A stretch of 64,000 nucleotides of DNA, from NCBI RefSeq assembly GCF_030144855.1, contig NC_082731.1:20770001-20834000 (forward strand), given 5' to 3'. Shown here piece after piece: positions 13,900 to 25,476 of this stretch. The stretch's first letter is position 1. Each line of letters begins with the position of its first letter. Under the pieces are notes generated by a model. That model searched no databases. It worked only from the letters and a program-made list of their open reading frames with translations, and was not told the DNA's origin. Made by a program: the position numbers and the translations under genes. This DNA is from Hypanus sabinus (Eukaryota).

Positions 13900-15600
13900 A
13901 GAAGAATCCATGCCCACTGTAGAAACGGGGAATAATTACTTGGACAGTCTGATTGATACCGGTGCCACTATGTCGTTGTAGTCGAATCCGCGGACATCCC
14001 CGTCAGTGAAACAACTGTTAAAAACATTGTACTTCACTATACTTCCATGATAGAGCTTGTCTGTACATCATCTTCTGTGCAGGTTGAGAATAAGTTTTTA
14101 AAAGACACCTTAATTATATCTAAATCATCCCCGATTCCCTTGCTGGGTAGATAGTCCTTTTCTAAATTAGGGGCAACTCTGCACGATAACGCTCAAGGTA
14201 TATATATGGAGCTCCCTCAAATGCTGAAAATAATGAATGGGCTAGAAGAGGACAGTTCGGAACCCATACCGTGCTGTTGGCAGCTGGATAGTAATCCCTA
14301 TGCCAGGCAAGTCTAAAGACTGTAGGACATATTGACAGGACAAGCCAACCATTCTATACAAAGTCTTCAATACTTGATTAATAGCAGCCGAAAAAAGAAG
14401 CATCTTCTCTGCAGGGCCTATTACACATTGTAAACGGACTCGCACTATAAACGGACTGCACACCTGTATTTAAACGGTAAAGGTAAGCTGAAGGCAACAC
14501 CTTATGTGTATTTTGGTCTGGAGGGGATTAGGGCGCCAAGTTGACTTAGTAGAAGATCACGGAGAAATATTCCTACTAGGGAACACCTCAATAATTGATT
14601 TGATAGGGACCTTTAAACCAGAAGCAAAGCCTGAAGTTATCGGGACGATGATAAAACGATTGGTGAAAGAAACTCAAACTATTTGCACTATAACTGTGCC
14701 GGTACTGGACCAAGAAGCGCGAAAGGAATTCTTTAACGAAAATCAGGGGAGGAATATGTTAAAATCCTACAGCTGGGAAATAAACTTTGAAAAGCAGCCA
14801 CCATTAGAAGTCCCTCTACTTCTTCCTACAGCCTCAGCGCGAATACCAGTGAACCTATGGGACCAATATATATATAAAAAATGTGGGAATGCCCCAAACA
14901 GCTCCGAAGCAGAAGGTTACTCTATAAACGGACGTGTCGCTGCCCTATGTATCTTTTAGCTGCTGACGGCAAAGAAGTTATCGCTCCAGTAATTGACTCA
15001 TTATTGCAGCAAGGGGTGATGGTGAAGGCACCAGACCCGTGTAACACCCCTATATTACCTATCCCAAAATCGGGCTGGAGAAATGAATGGTGTTTTGTGC
15101 AGCACATAAGAACCATTAATAAGATAGTCATCCCTATTGCTCCGCTGGTGCCAGACACCAATATTATATTATACTAGATATTCATGGCTATTAATCCAAC
15201 TACTTCTGTTCTATTACCGTCTACACAGCAGGACCATGACTGCTTACTCGTAGTAAAAGTCACTTCTACTCCCCGACCAGATCTGAGAAGCGAACCTATT
15301 GACAACCCTGATTTAATTATCTTCACAGACGTCTCTTCGCACGCAATAGAAATGTTATGTTGCTGACATAACATGCTGTAGTATCTCCTCACCAGGAAGT
15401 AGAACCTTGTGCCTTGCCAATAGGAACACCAGTGCAGGCAGCAGAACTCTATGCCGTTACCTATGTACTTTGTAGAATCTATACAGTTGCCACAGACTTT
15501 AGCAATATTTATGTGCGAGGAACACAAATCAGCCACGGAAGATATCGCCAAGAGAAATCAGTTTTCAGACAGAGTAGTAAAACAGATGCCCTTCAGTAAC
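13900..15600 (+). pseudogene. pol: ERV pro-pol remnant: protease, RT N-terminus, RNase H; RT core and integrase largely missing
   Basis: LIDTGAT at about 13945 (protease). VIAPVIDSLLQQGVMVKAPDPCNTPILPIPK..WCFVQHIRTINK (RT N-terminus). PDLRSEPIDNPDLIIFTD and GTPVQAAELYAVT (RNase H). Confidence 0.85.
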
Positions 15601-15949
15601 AGTCTCGGCTACAGCCTCTCAGGTTAAATCGGGAGAGAAGGAGCTCCCTGCGTGTATTGATGCCCAGCAGTTGCAGGAAGCCCAAAATATTGTCTCACAG
15701 CAAGAGAAATGTTTCTGTAAAATGATGACATGCAGCTCCCTCATTTGCACATGTGAGCCTGGGGCACACTACTAGGCCGCCTGTGTGACGCCATAGACCG
15801 ATATCCTGGTAGCGTCCATATTTTGTACAGATATCTTCCCCGGGAGAAAGGAACGGTGCTGAGAACTAAGAAACAGCTACCATTAAGAGACAGGAAAATT
15901 AATCTATTCTAACCTGTAGTGACATAGTGACTGTCTGTGATTATTAACA

Positions 15950-16500
15950 CAATATACACTCGAGAACAACCATGAGCTCCACCACGAATGAAAACTTTCT
16001 AACTGTAACCTTATGGAGAATAATGACCTCTGACTATATATTAGCCATAAGGAGAGGGATCTGGGCATTAGTTGGGGAAAGAATGTTTCATCTACTTACC
16101 CAATGTTTCAGAAAATATGACCCACGCAATAGAATAAATGACCCAGCTGCGAGAGGAAATACATAAACTAAACTCTCAAGCACCTCCAGAAGACTGGGAT
16201 TTCTTTAGCTGGGTTAAATCAATGTTAGAAGAGGGAATATTCTCCTGGTTACAGCCCCTCTTTAAGGCTCATGGCCCTGATTTGCTTATTAGGGGTGGTA
16301 CATTATTGTATCATATCATTCGTTGGGTCTGCGCCCCTCAGAAAACAAAGCCGGGGAAACAGAAGCATTGCTCTATTCACAATCTCACATCACGGAGAGG
16401 GGGAAGAAGGGGATAGTTACGATGAAGAGGAATGTTTCAGAAGTGAGTTCTGTGACCCCTTTTCAGAAAGAACGGAATACGAACAGTTGCATTCATCAGA
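15950..16500 (+). pseudogene. env: ERV env transmembrane-subunit remnant
   Basis: WRIMTSDYILAIRRGIWALVGE resembles the retroviral immunosuppressive domain (QNRxALDxLxAxxGGxCxxxG). It is followed by DWDFFSW..IFSWLQPL and a hydrophobic anchor (LICLLGVVHYCIISF). Confidence 0.7.
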
Positions 16501-17569
16501 ATGATCAAGAGGAGGGGATTTGTGGTAGAAATGGTTAACCTATGTATGATGGAATATTTGCCGATGCTGGAGCACCTTGGCTTAAGACTGCTGATGCGAG
16601 TTGAGAAAAGCCTTGAATGATCAGCGCTGAATCAGGACCTCCAATAACTAAGGTACTTGGTAACGTTATCAATAGTATCCAGTGGAATCTGATGGCCTTG
16701 TAATTACCCTTTTGCACTCAACACCATATCACGCAGACTGTTTTGCTGGAATCGTATTTGACAACTGTTTTTTATAATTTATTGGGAAATTCACAATGAA
16801 AATGGGGGTGTAACCGGACGATCAGAGACAGTACGCATCTGGGCAGAATTGGATGAAGTCACACAATGTGTAATGTGATAGAATTTGACCATGATACTGT
16901 GGTACATGTGTTGCCAAGATCCGAGGGAGGAATGAGACGGAGTGAAGTAAAGAAATAAAAAGAAAGGGAGAGATAAAAAGAACGAAAGAGGCAGGGTGGT
17001 GGTAAGAGTGATTGACATAAACAGATAAAACAGTATGACAGCTTTTAACTTAATCTGACAACTAGCTATAACGGACCCGAGTTTATCCTCAAATGGTATT
17101 TTAATTGTTTTATTATTTCCACGTATACCAAGATACAAAGAAAAAAAAAAACTCCTGAAATGCCTTGTTCATACCGAATGTTTTAATGCGTAGTGCAACG
17201 TGCTAGTAAAAGCTAACCAATACCATGAAGCAGAATAATGTGGAATATCTTTAGAGAATGTGTAGAGCTGGAGGACTATAAGGCGTAAATACATAAGATG
17301 GGTGACTGGGGTGTTGGTGAATATTTCATCCCATAGTCTAAAGTGTTGTTCCATCAGGATGGAAGATATTCTTTAGACTAAACTTCGTTTTTTTTCACTC
17401 GTTTGTTTCTTGTGCTTGATGAAAGATCTAGCGGCGAACACGCCCGATATACTGCAGAATGAAATTGCAAAATTCACCTCGATTTCTTTCAAAAGTCATA
17501 ATTTATAGTTTATCTTCTCAGAATCCCACATTGCCATTATTCACTGCACCCATTCTATTTCTCTGTTAT

Positions 17570-17900
17570 CAATTGTCCCGTGTTTTCATCCAGATCCCTC
17601 TTTAAATCACGATCACCTATCAACCAGTGCGACTACCTTTGGGACTCTGGAGGAAACGGGGCACATGGGCACATCAAGGCATACCTTCCGACAACTTCGG
17701 TGGTCGAACTGAAACGGGGTTCCTGGAGATATGAGGGTGCAGACTTTACCACAACTCCACCTGAAACATACGTCCGAACACCACCACCGCCACGTTTACT
17801 TGCTCTCGCGATATCCTATGCTCTAAATAACGCCAGCCTGACTTCTTGCGTCGCCGGTTTACTCACAAAGAGTGACCAAGCTGAACCTCAGAAAATCATA
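17570..17900 (-). pseudogene. Older, more diverged antisense V relic related to family B
   Basis: The minus strand shares blocks 'acgtggcggtggt', 'tcatatc(a/t)ccagg(g/a)a(t/c)cc' and 'atgtgccc(a/c)gtttcc' with the 268-915 copy, in the same order. Confidence 0.45.
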
Positions 17901-18529
17901 TGAACATGAAGGGGAAATTCAATGAAAGCTGATGCTCATGTATCGTCGGTTCCGTTTTATCAATCAATCGTTTAGCAGGTTACCGTGAAGGCCACTTTTG
18001 AAACGATTTTACTCACTAATAACTGCCACGGTGATAACTTCTTGGAAGTATTCTGCAGGTCCTATCGAGTCTGAAGCCACATAGTATGTGCTTCCTTTTT
18101 TTCTTACTGATTGCATTCGTCAACCTGACAGGGAAGACGCAACGCAGATGACGAGCGATTGCCACTTGAGTTCACTGCAAGTCAGGGATACTGCTGCATT
18201 CTATTCTTTATTGTAGGAACGTGAGGGAAAGTTTCAGTAATTTAAACTAACGGCTCACGAAAGATAAATCGTAGCAGTGAACTACAATTACACACAAGCT
18301 AATGTATACACTTTTTGGTACACGCTGTATCGCGGGAGATTTCGACAAAACCTGCTGAAGGTAAATGGCTCAGGAACTGATGCGGCCTCCAGAATGTTCG
18401 GCGAGTTTGACAGGCTATATGCACACGGGCAAGGTCTGCTTATTTAAGTACCTCTGTAGTTGTTGACCCGCACTCCGGCATATACCTTTGTGCAATGGAT
18501 CTCTCTTTACGCGTGGAATGGGTTGCCGG

Positions 18530-18695
18530 AGGCGGAAACGACAGGATCTTTTAAGAAACTCCTGGATGGCTACACAGTGCTTAGAAAAATAGAGTGCTCT
18601 GGGTAAAGCCTATTTAGTTCTATGGTAGGGACGTGCTCGGCACAGCTTGGTCGGCCGAAGGGCCTGGATTGTGCTGCAGGTTTTCTATGTCTCGA
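18530..18695 (+). mobile_element. CR1 3' tail fragment
   Basis: 'ttttaagaaactcctggatggctaca...tcggcacagcttggtcggccgaagggcctg..ttttctatgt'. Confidence 0.75.
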
Positions 18696-19397
18696 TGCTT
18701 CTACTGCTTGGAGACAGCAGATCCGGAGAAAATCCGGATCACTTGAGGGCGGCTTTTGCTGACAAAGCGGAGCAGACTCGCGCATAAAGAACGAGGATCA
18801 CGTGATCGACTTAACCCGCAGCATTCAGCAGCAAGATGTGCCCTACTTTGAGCAACACCATGAAATGGGCTTTACCTGGGGATATTGTGTCAGCTTTCTG
18901 AAACATTCCAACAGTATCCCGGTGTTCATTTCTCTCTCTGTTGCCTATAACAATAACTCGTGGTTTAAATTTTGCGGGAAATACTTTTAATTACTTCAGG
19001 GATTAACAGTGAAGATCAGTGAAACCGGAAGACACTAAGTGTGTATTTGACAACAGAGCGGGGAAGCTGTCACGCTAACTGCTTCTGATGAAGATAACTT
19101 TCAGGTGGACTCGAATGACGTTACCTTCCTAATAGTTCAGAGAAATGGCTGTTTTCTTTCGCATTGCCAAACAATACCAAGTGGACAGGCACTGGATTGA
19201 AAGATTGACGGCAAGGGTATGAGATATACAGAAATTAAGAAAATAGAATACAGTGGCATACAGAGGATGATTGAGTGAAACAGAGAAGGAAACATAGGAG
19301 GGTAACAGGAAGATGTTCCACTGCTAGAATTGAAGTGTAAATTAAAGTAGAACGAAGAATTCAGGGGTGAGATCGAAAGATTGCATGCAATTTGAGT

Positions 19398-19424
19398 GAA
19401 TAAATAAATAAACAAATAAACAAA

Positions 19425-19463
<39 letters not shown>

Positions 19464-19730
19464 ATACACGCTTAAATAAATCTATCAATAAATAAATAGA
19501 CAGATAGATAGACAAGTACACACATAAATAAATATANNNNNNNNNNNNNNNNNNNNNNNNNNNNNNNNNNNNNNNNNNNNNNNNNNNNNNNNNNNNNNNN
19601 NNNNNNNNNNNNNNNNNNNNNNNNNNNNNNNNNNNNNNNNNNNNNNNNNNNNNNNNNNNNNNNNNNNNNNNNNNNNNNNNNNNNNNNNNNNNNNNNNNNN
19701 NNNNNNNNNNNATAAATAGATAGATAAATA
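19398..19730. repeat. (AAAT)n/(GATA)n microsatellite with internal N-run (19537-19711)
   Basis: Direct reading. Confidence 0.95.
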
Positions 19731-19934
19731 AATGGACTGTTTAGTTGTTCCCTTCCGATCGGAGGCCGAATACACTCACGTCTGACTTCCCGAATTCAAC
19801 TCCCATTTAACCGAGCAATTTACGGAGATTTTACACAAAGTGAAGGGTGTGAAGTATCTGACATCATTCTCGCAAATCTGTGGTATTAGATTTTTGAATA
19901 TAATCTGGCTTTGATCGCGTCTGAAAAAAAGACA

Positions 19935-20160
19935 CAACGTGCTTCTTCGATCCTTACTGATGAAATGGGCTAAGTTCCCTTCGCAAATACTCAGTGGACG
20001 TTTCGCAGCTGCAATGGGAACACTGGATGTTCAGTCCTTTTGTCATTCTTTTGCAGAATCGTGTGGGAACGATTAAGCTCTCTGCATTGACGTTGAAAAG
20101 AGGACGAATGGTAATGCTAAACCTCAGTTACACATCTGCAAGTGCATGTATATTACCCGG
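19935..20160 (+). pseudogene. 5' fragment of a decayed TCR V (family A-like)
   Basis: Acceptor ttcttttgcag at about 20057, then SALTLKRGRMVMLNLSYTSASACI, which aligns with PDLTAEEGETFTLHCSYTSANPNI. It is truncated upstream of a CR1 fragment at about 20230. Confidence 0.55.
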
Positions 20161-20809
20161 AAATTTCAGTTTCTGCGAGCAAGGACCTTTCCATTTGGAA
20201 CGATAGTAAATAAGCGGTAACTTAATAGCTGTGTATAGTATGATAAGAGCCATAGATAGAGTGGACAACAAGCGGTTTTAACTAAGGGTACCGATAGCTC
20301 ATGCGAACGGACGATATTTTAAGCCGATTGGGAGAAATTCAAGGGGAATACTAAATGTGAGTTTTTTTTATATTTTTAAGGAAGAGAGTGGAGGATAAAC
20401 GGAGTGTACTGTCAGGACATTCTCGTCGTGAATATGATATTGGCACCCTAACAGCAAACAACGATTAGAAAATAGCTAGTCTGAGGGTTTTCTGACAGTG
20501 AATAACCAGTTCAACATCCGAAGTTTGGAACATGTTGACGTAAGGGCTTATTTTCGGATATATCTCCAAATAACTAATTAATGAACGAAATACATAAAAT
20601 CCGAGCGCAATATTGTTGATTTCGACGAAGCAACCACCTGAAAATTCTTAATTGTGTTGGATTATACATTGATAAATATGTGACTATGCTTCGATTATGC
20701 GCAGAACAGCAAATCAAAGGCGGTAGGGCACACTGAGAAACAGAGAAATTAAGGGAGAAAGAAAGAGAAACAGAGTGATAAGGGGTGGGGCGGGGACTTC
20801 AATAAGTGG

Positions 20810-20905
20810 AAAAACAGGCAAAATGACTAATGGAAACAAGTCAGATTCTGATTGGTATACAGAAAGTCTCGGTATTTTTGTGTCAGTGAATCTTTAAACT
20901 GGGGA
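20810..20905 (+). promoter_or_regulatory. Orphan copy of the V upstream promoter block (TTCTGATTGGT CCAAT-box module)
   Basis: aaaatgactaatggaaacaagtcagattctgattggt...gtgtcagtgaatcttt matches 21175-21255 and 31405-31480, but no leader exon follows. Confidence 0.55.
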
Positions 20906-21174
20906 GTGGTGGGGGAGGGCCAGCAAGGTTAAACTCCTATGGCTCTTTCCAAAGCGGGAGAGAAGACTGCAGTCGCTATTTAGATGTTAAAGTCAGTCAT
21001 ATGAATTGATCTTATTTGGAAATCCGCGACACGGAATTGGCAACAAATCTCCCAACGGTGTCCAGAATGATAAAGAGCGAGAGAGAGAGAGATAAAGAAA
21101 GCGAGAGGAGAGAGACGTTGTGTTGCGATGTGGGGGTGGACATTTACATGGGGCCATGAAAGATCGGAGAAACA

Positions 21175-21385
21175 GGAAGAATGACGAACGGAAACAAAGC
21201 ATATTCTGATTGGTGCTCGGAAAGGCTCCGAAATTTGTGCAGCCAATCCTTTAGCCACAGCAACGCCCCCGGTCTTACACAATGTGAAAGGGACCGAAAA
21301 AGCGGTTACACAATACAATATCTGTTAAATGACGATTACGTCCTGGGAGGAATCTGCCTTTCGATCCACCCCGAAATTAGACACC
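21175..21385 (+). promoter_or_regulatory. V promoter region conserved upstream of all family-A V genes (ATTGG box, GC box, TTACACAA, CATCTG/TATCTG)
   Basis: The same motif order recurs upstream of 24149, 26505, 28901 and 31614. The ATTGG box also occurs before the 35.8 kb and 44.9 kb pseudogenes, and a GTGATTGGT before the - strand V (about 58570). Function is inferred. Confidence 0.55.
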
Positions 21386-21817
21386 GTGATTTCCCTCTGT
21401 TCATTATTCATTGCATTGTCTGCGCTTCCTGGTAAGATTCTGCGACGGTGGCCTGCGAATTTCCCTAACGTTCAATACGAGCGTGCAATGTTGATGTATT
21501 CTGCCCTTTATTACAGGAACGACAGCACAATATTCGGTGACTCAGTATCCTCCCGACTTATCGGCTGAAGAAGGAGAAAACGTAACACTGAACTGCAATT
21601 ACACTTACTCGAATTCAGATATCATTTGGTACATTCAACCTAGTGGAGGACCTCCAAATTACCTGCTGAAGTTATATAGCACAGGAGACATGGTGCCGCA
21701 TCCAAATTGCCCAGCGAGATATACCGCTAATTTACAGAAAGACAGCAAGATGGCTCAATTTAAAATCGTTGATGCTCTTGTCTCTGACTCTGGCATGTAT
21801 CTCTGTGCAATGAGTAC
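21386..21817 (+). CDS. TCR alpha/delta-type V segment A1: open frame but GTG in place of the ATG start
   Basis: Leader 21386-21431, GT..AG intron 21432-21516, V exon 21517-21817. Product (V)ISLCSLFIALSALP/GTTAQYSVTQYPPDLSAEEGENVTLNCNYT..IIWYIQ..YLCAMS, with canonical C, W and YxC. Confidence 0.85.
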
Positions 21818-21856
21818 CACACTGCTGCATGGAGACGGTGGATCCGTACAAATACA
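21818..21856 (+). promoter_or_regulatory. 23-RSS of A1
   Basis: CACACTG, 23 nt, ACAAATACA. Confidence 0.9.
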
Positions 21857-22490
21857 GGTCCGATGGAATGCAATAAGCTCTCACTGGAGGGCGCTATTGT
21901 TCTGGAAAACTGCAAGTATCGCACCCAGCCATGGTCACATGTCCTACTTAAAAGGGCTGCAATCAGCAGCATAAGGCTCTGGAGCTAAAGGAAATGTTAT
22001 GTTTTCAACGTGCAGGCAAACTGGAAAGTTGGAATGCATTTCCGGGATAACGCAATGTGCATTTACCCACCATCATTAGCCACAATGGCATATCACAATT
22101 GACAATGTTGTCTGCCATTGCCTTCGCCTTTTTGTTGAGAGATTGCTGCGTGAAATAATGGGTATGGACTGGAATCAGTACATATTTAAATGAGGCAATA
22201 GTTCATTAAATTAAAACAGTGTGTTGGAATATTGGAGGTTTACAGATTGATAATGAATAGCTACACGAACATATTTTCAAGGTGTTCTCTATGATCTAGA
22301 GAAAGAGAGAGGGAATTGAATCACAACAGACAGATAGGTTATAAAATCTGTTGGTTACGTAGAGTAGGTTTGCGCAGATTAATTCAATGTTCAGCCTACA
22401 GAGTTCAGTCAAAATAAAACAATCGAAAAATGCAAAAATAAGTTGTAACGACCTTAGAAAGATGCAGCAAAATAGGAGGAAAAGTGTAAA

Positions 22491-22712
22491 GTCATACCTA
22501 TGTGGATTGGAATTAAGGTTCAATTTCATGCTAGAGCTCTATAATCTTATCACACGGCAGAATCAATCCTTGCGCACATTGAAACGTGCTTTTAGATCTT
22601 CCTGTCTTCTCACCGATGAAAGAGACAAACGGAGAGAGCATAGAGGTTTCTGTCATAGAAGCATATAACGATAGCATCTGCTCCCCAAGATATATTTCGA
22701 ATTTCTGAAACT
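22491..22712 (-). pseudogene. D-like and J-like relics, unit 1
   Basis: Minus strand D: AGTTTCAGA, 11 nt, TATCTTG, GGGAG, CAGATG, 21 nt, ACAGAAACC (22712-22645). J: AATGTGCGC, 12 nt, TGCCGTG, then gataagattatagagctctagcatgaaattgaacctt.. and a gtatga donor (22580-22491). Confidence 0.45.
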
Positions 22713-22856
22713 CTCATTCTAATTATATGCTTACTTTATTGAAAAATTGCATTACCAACTTGCCTCAACTGAAATGGCGAAACAGACACACTGGGCCATG
22801 TGGCCTCATTCAGCTCCGATACATTATGGTCTTCTGGTCTGCTTATTTATGCGTAT

Positions 22857-23574
22857 AATTTTCGAAATTTCTTCATGTACTCTCATGTACTCTCAGTGAT
22901 CTTTCGGCCACAAGCACGTGATATCGGGACCGTCTTATGCGGGCAGGACAAGAAATAAAACTTAACGCGGGAATCGTGGAATGGGAGCACATTCGTAGCA
23001 GCTGATGGCTTTGAATATCGCAATCACTGGCGACATCACTTCACATCCGCCAGAGTGTCACGATAGGCACTCTGGACTACCCCTCCACCTCCTCTTTCCC
23101 CCTCAAACCCTATTTTACGAACCAATAAAGGACGACCTGATACATTCCATCACTTTGCAGACGCACCAAAACAGGTTTATCGTTATATTTTATTGACTTG
23201 TGTGCCAGGATACTGCGAAACGTTTGTACAGTATGTTTCTCTGCTTCAATTTGAAAGCAGAGAATATATACAAGATACAAACTGAAATTCATACTCTCCA
23301 GAACACCCTCGCAACACAGCAAAAACCCAAACATGAATGCCTGTAAAAAGTGAACGCAAACACCCCGTAGCCACTTCCGTCGCATAAGCAGCAGCAAGTT
23401 GCATTAGACTAACTGATTTCTAATTTCCTCACTGATTCTACCATTAACAAAAAATCAGCATTTCCTATAAAAAGTAACGGCACGGACTAGAAGGGCGGAA
23501 TAGCTTGTTTCCATGTTGTAATTGTTATATAGCTATTCGGTTAAAAACTGCATTGGAAGCAACAGCAGAACAAT
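22857..23574 (-). pseudogene. Decayed antisense V (family B), unit 1
   Basis: Minus strand reads TVQTFRSILAH..NITIN..LQSDGMYQVVLYWF..., ending at ATCACTG (22900-22894) and an aaaatt nonamer relic. The candidate leader (I)VLLLLPMQFL has lost its ATG. Confidence 0.65.
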
Positions 23575-23704
23575 GAAGAGTGTCCTCTTCAACTGCTCCC
23601 TCCAGCACTCCTTCATCCCACCGTACACTCTCTCACACACTTTCAAGGAACACGCAAACGCGAATCGGGCTCTGTCCCAACAATTAGCGGACACTGAGGT
23701 CAGA

Positions 23705-23892
23705 NNNNNNNNNNNNNNNNNNNNNNNNNNNNNNNNNNNNNNNNNNNNNNNNNNNNNNNNNNNNNNNNNNNNNNNNNNNNNNNNNNNNNNNNNNNNNNNN
23801 NNNNNNNNNNNNNNNNNNNNNNNNNNNNNNNNNNNNNNNNNNNNNNNNNNNNNNNNNNNNNNNNNNNNNNNNNNNNNNNNNNNNNNNNNNNN
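23705..23892. other. N-run in the purine-rich spacer upstream of A2
   Basis: 188 Ns. The homologous positions in units 2 and 3 are GA-rich. Confidence 0.95.
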
Positions 23893-24148
23893 GGGGCTGG
23901 GGTTTACACGGAACCCCTGAAAGACCGGGAAAAACAGGAAGAATGACGAATAGAAACAAAGCAGATTGTGATTGGTGCTCGCAAAGGCTCCATCCGTTAT
24001 GTCAGCGAAAGCTTTTATCCCTAGCCCCGCCCCCGGGATTACACAATTTGAAAGGTACCGAAGGAACGATCGCACAATAAAACATCTGTTAATGACAAGT
24101 GCATCCTCGGAGGAATCTGCCGTATGATCCAGCCCGAAATTAGACACC

Positions 24149-24580
24149 ATGATTTCCCTCTGTTCATTACTGATTGCATTGACTGCGTTTCCTGGTAAGA
24201 CTCCGCGACGGTGGCCCGCGAATTTCCTTAACTTTCGATCCGGGCCTGCTATGTTGATGTATTATTTCCTTTATTGCAGGGACGACTGGGAAAGATTCAG
24301 TGACGCAGTATCCTCCAGACTTAACGGCTAAAGAAGGACAGACAGTTACACTGAACTGCAATTATACAAACTCGAATCGAGATATCATTTGGTACATTCA
24401 ACATAGTGGCGGACATCCAAATTACCTGCTGAAGGTATATAGCTCAGGACAAACGGTGCCGCATCCAAATTGCCCAGCGAGATATACCGCCAGTTTACAG
24501 AAAGACAGCAAGATGTCTCAATTCAATATCGTTGATGCCTTTGTCTCCGACTCTGGCATTTATCTGTGTGCAATGAGTAC
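24149..24580 (+). CDS. TCR alpha/delta-type V segment A2, apparently functional
   Basis: ATG leader 24149-24194, intron 24195-24279, exon 24280-24580. Product MISLCSLLIALTAFP/GTTGKDSVTQYPPDLTAKEGQTVTLNCNYTNSNRDIIWYIQHSGGHPNYLLKVYSSGQTVPHPNCPARYTASLQKDSKMSQFNIVDAFVSDSGIYLCAMS. Confidence 0.92.
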
Positions 24581-24619
24581 CACACTGCTGTGTTGAGACG
24601 GCGGATCAGTACAAATACT
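24581..24619 (+). promoter_or_regulatory. 23-RSS of A2
   Basis: CACACTG, 23 nt, ACAAATACT. Confidence 0.9.
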
Positions 24620-25142
24620 GGTCCGGTGTAATTCAAAAGGTTCTCTCTGGAGGGCGCCGTTGTGCCGGGAAACTGCACGTGACGCACTCAGCCATGGTCA
24701 CATGCCCTACTTAAAAGGGCTGCAATCAGCAACATACGGTGCCGGAGCTAAAGGGAGATGACCTGATTAAAGTTTATAGAGGTTTGGAATATTGGTGGTT
24801 TAGAGATTGACAAAGAATAGCATCACGAACTTCGTATTTTCAAGGCGTTCTAAGTAGAAAGGCAGCAAGAGAAAGAGGGAGGGAACGGAATCACAATAGA
24901 CAGATAGTTTATATAATCTGATTGCCCATACAGATTAATCTGATTCTATGGTATCGTCTCCTCTCGTATTCAGACAAATATCGAAATTGTAAACAAAATT
25001 TTCATCGTTACGTTGAGTAGGTTTACACAGATTTATTCGATGTTCAGCCTATCGAGATAACACAAAGTAAAACAATAGAAAATGCAAAAATAAGGTTTAA
25101 CTACCTTAGCAAAATGCTGCAAAGAATGTAAAAAAACGTAAG

Positions 25143-25360
25143 GTCATACCTATGTGGATTGGAACTAAGGTTCAATTTCATGCTACAGCTCCATAATCTT
25201 ATCGCACGGTAGAATCAACTTTGCGCAGATTGCAGCGTGCTTTTAGACCTGTCAGTCTTCACAGCGATGAAAGAGATACACGGAGAGAACGTAGAGGTAA
25301 CAAAGCAGCACATATTGACAACATCTGCTCCCCGAGATATATTTGGAAATTTGGAATCTC
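25143..25360 (-). pseudogene. D-like and J-like relics, unit 2
   Basis: J: TACCGTG then cgataagattatggagctgtagcatgaaattgaaccttagttcc.. and gtatga. The GGGGAG core is at 25333-25328 and its nonamers are more decayed. Confidence 0.4.
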
Positions 25361-25476
25361 ACATCCTCATTATATGCATACTGTACTGAATAATTCCATT
25401 ACCAAATTGCCTGGGCCATTTGGCCTCATTCTGCTTCTATATAATATGGTCATCTGGTCTGCTGATCTGTCTGTAT

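Larger units (their letters stand above)
11740..16721 (+). mobile_element. Endogenous retrovirus (class I, gamma/epsilon-like) relic with large internal deletions
   Basis: LTR-like block with AATAAA ending tttcaaca (about 12244), then gag, pro, pol and env remnants in order, and a polypurine tract aagaggagggga (16507-16518) followed by tgtgg. The LTR limits are approximate and the two ends match only weakly. Confidence 0.8.
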
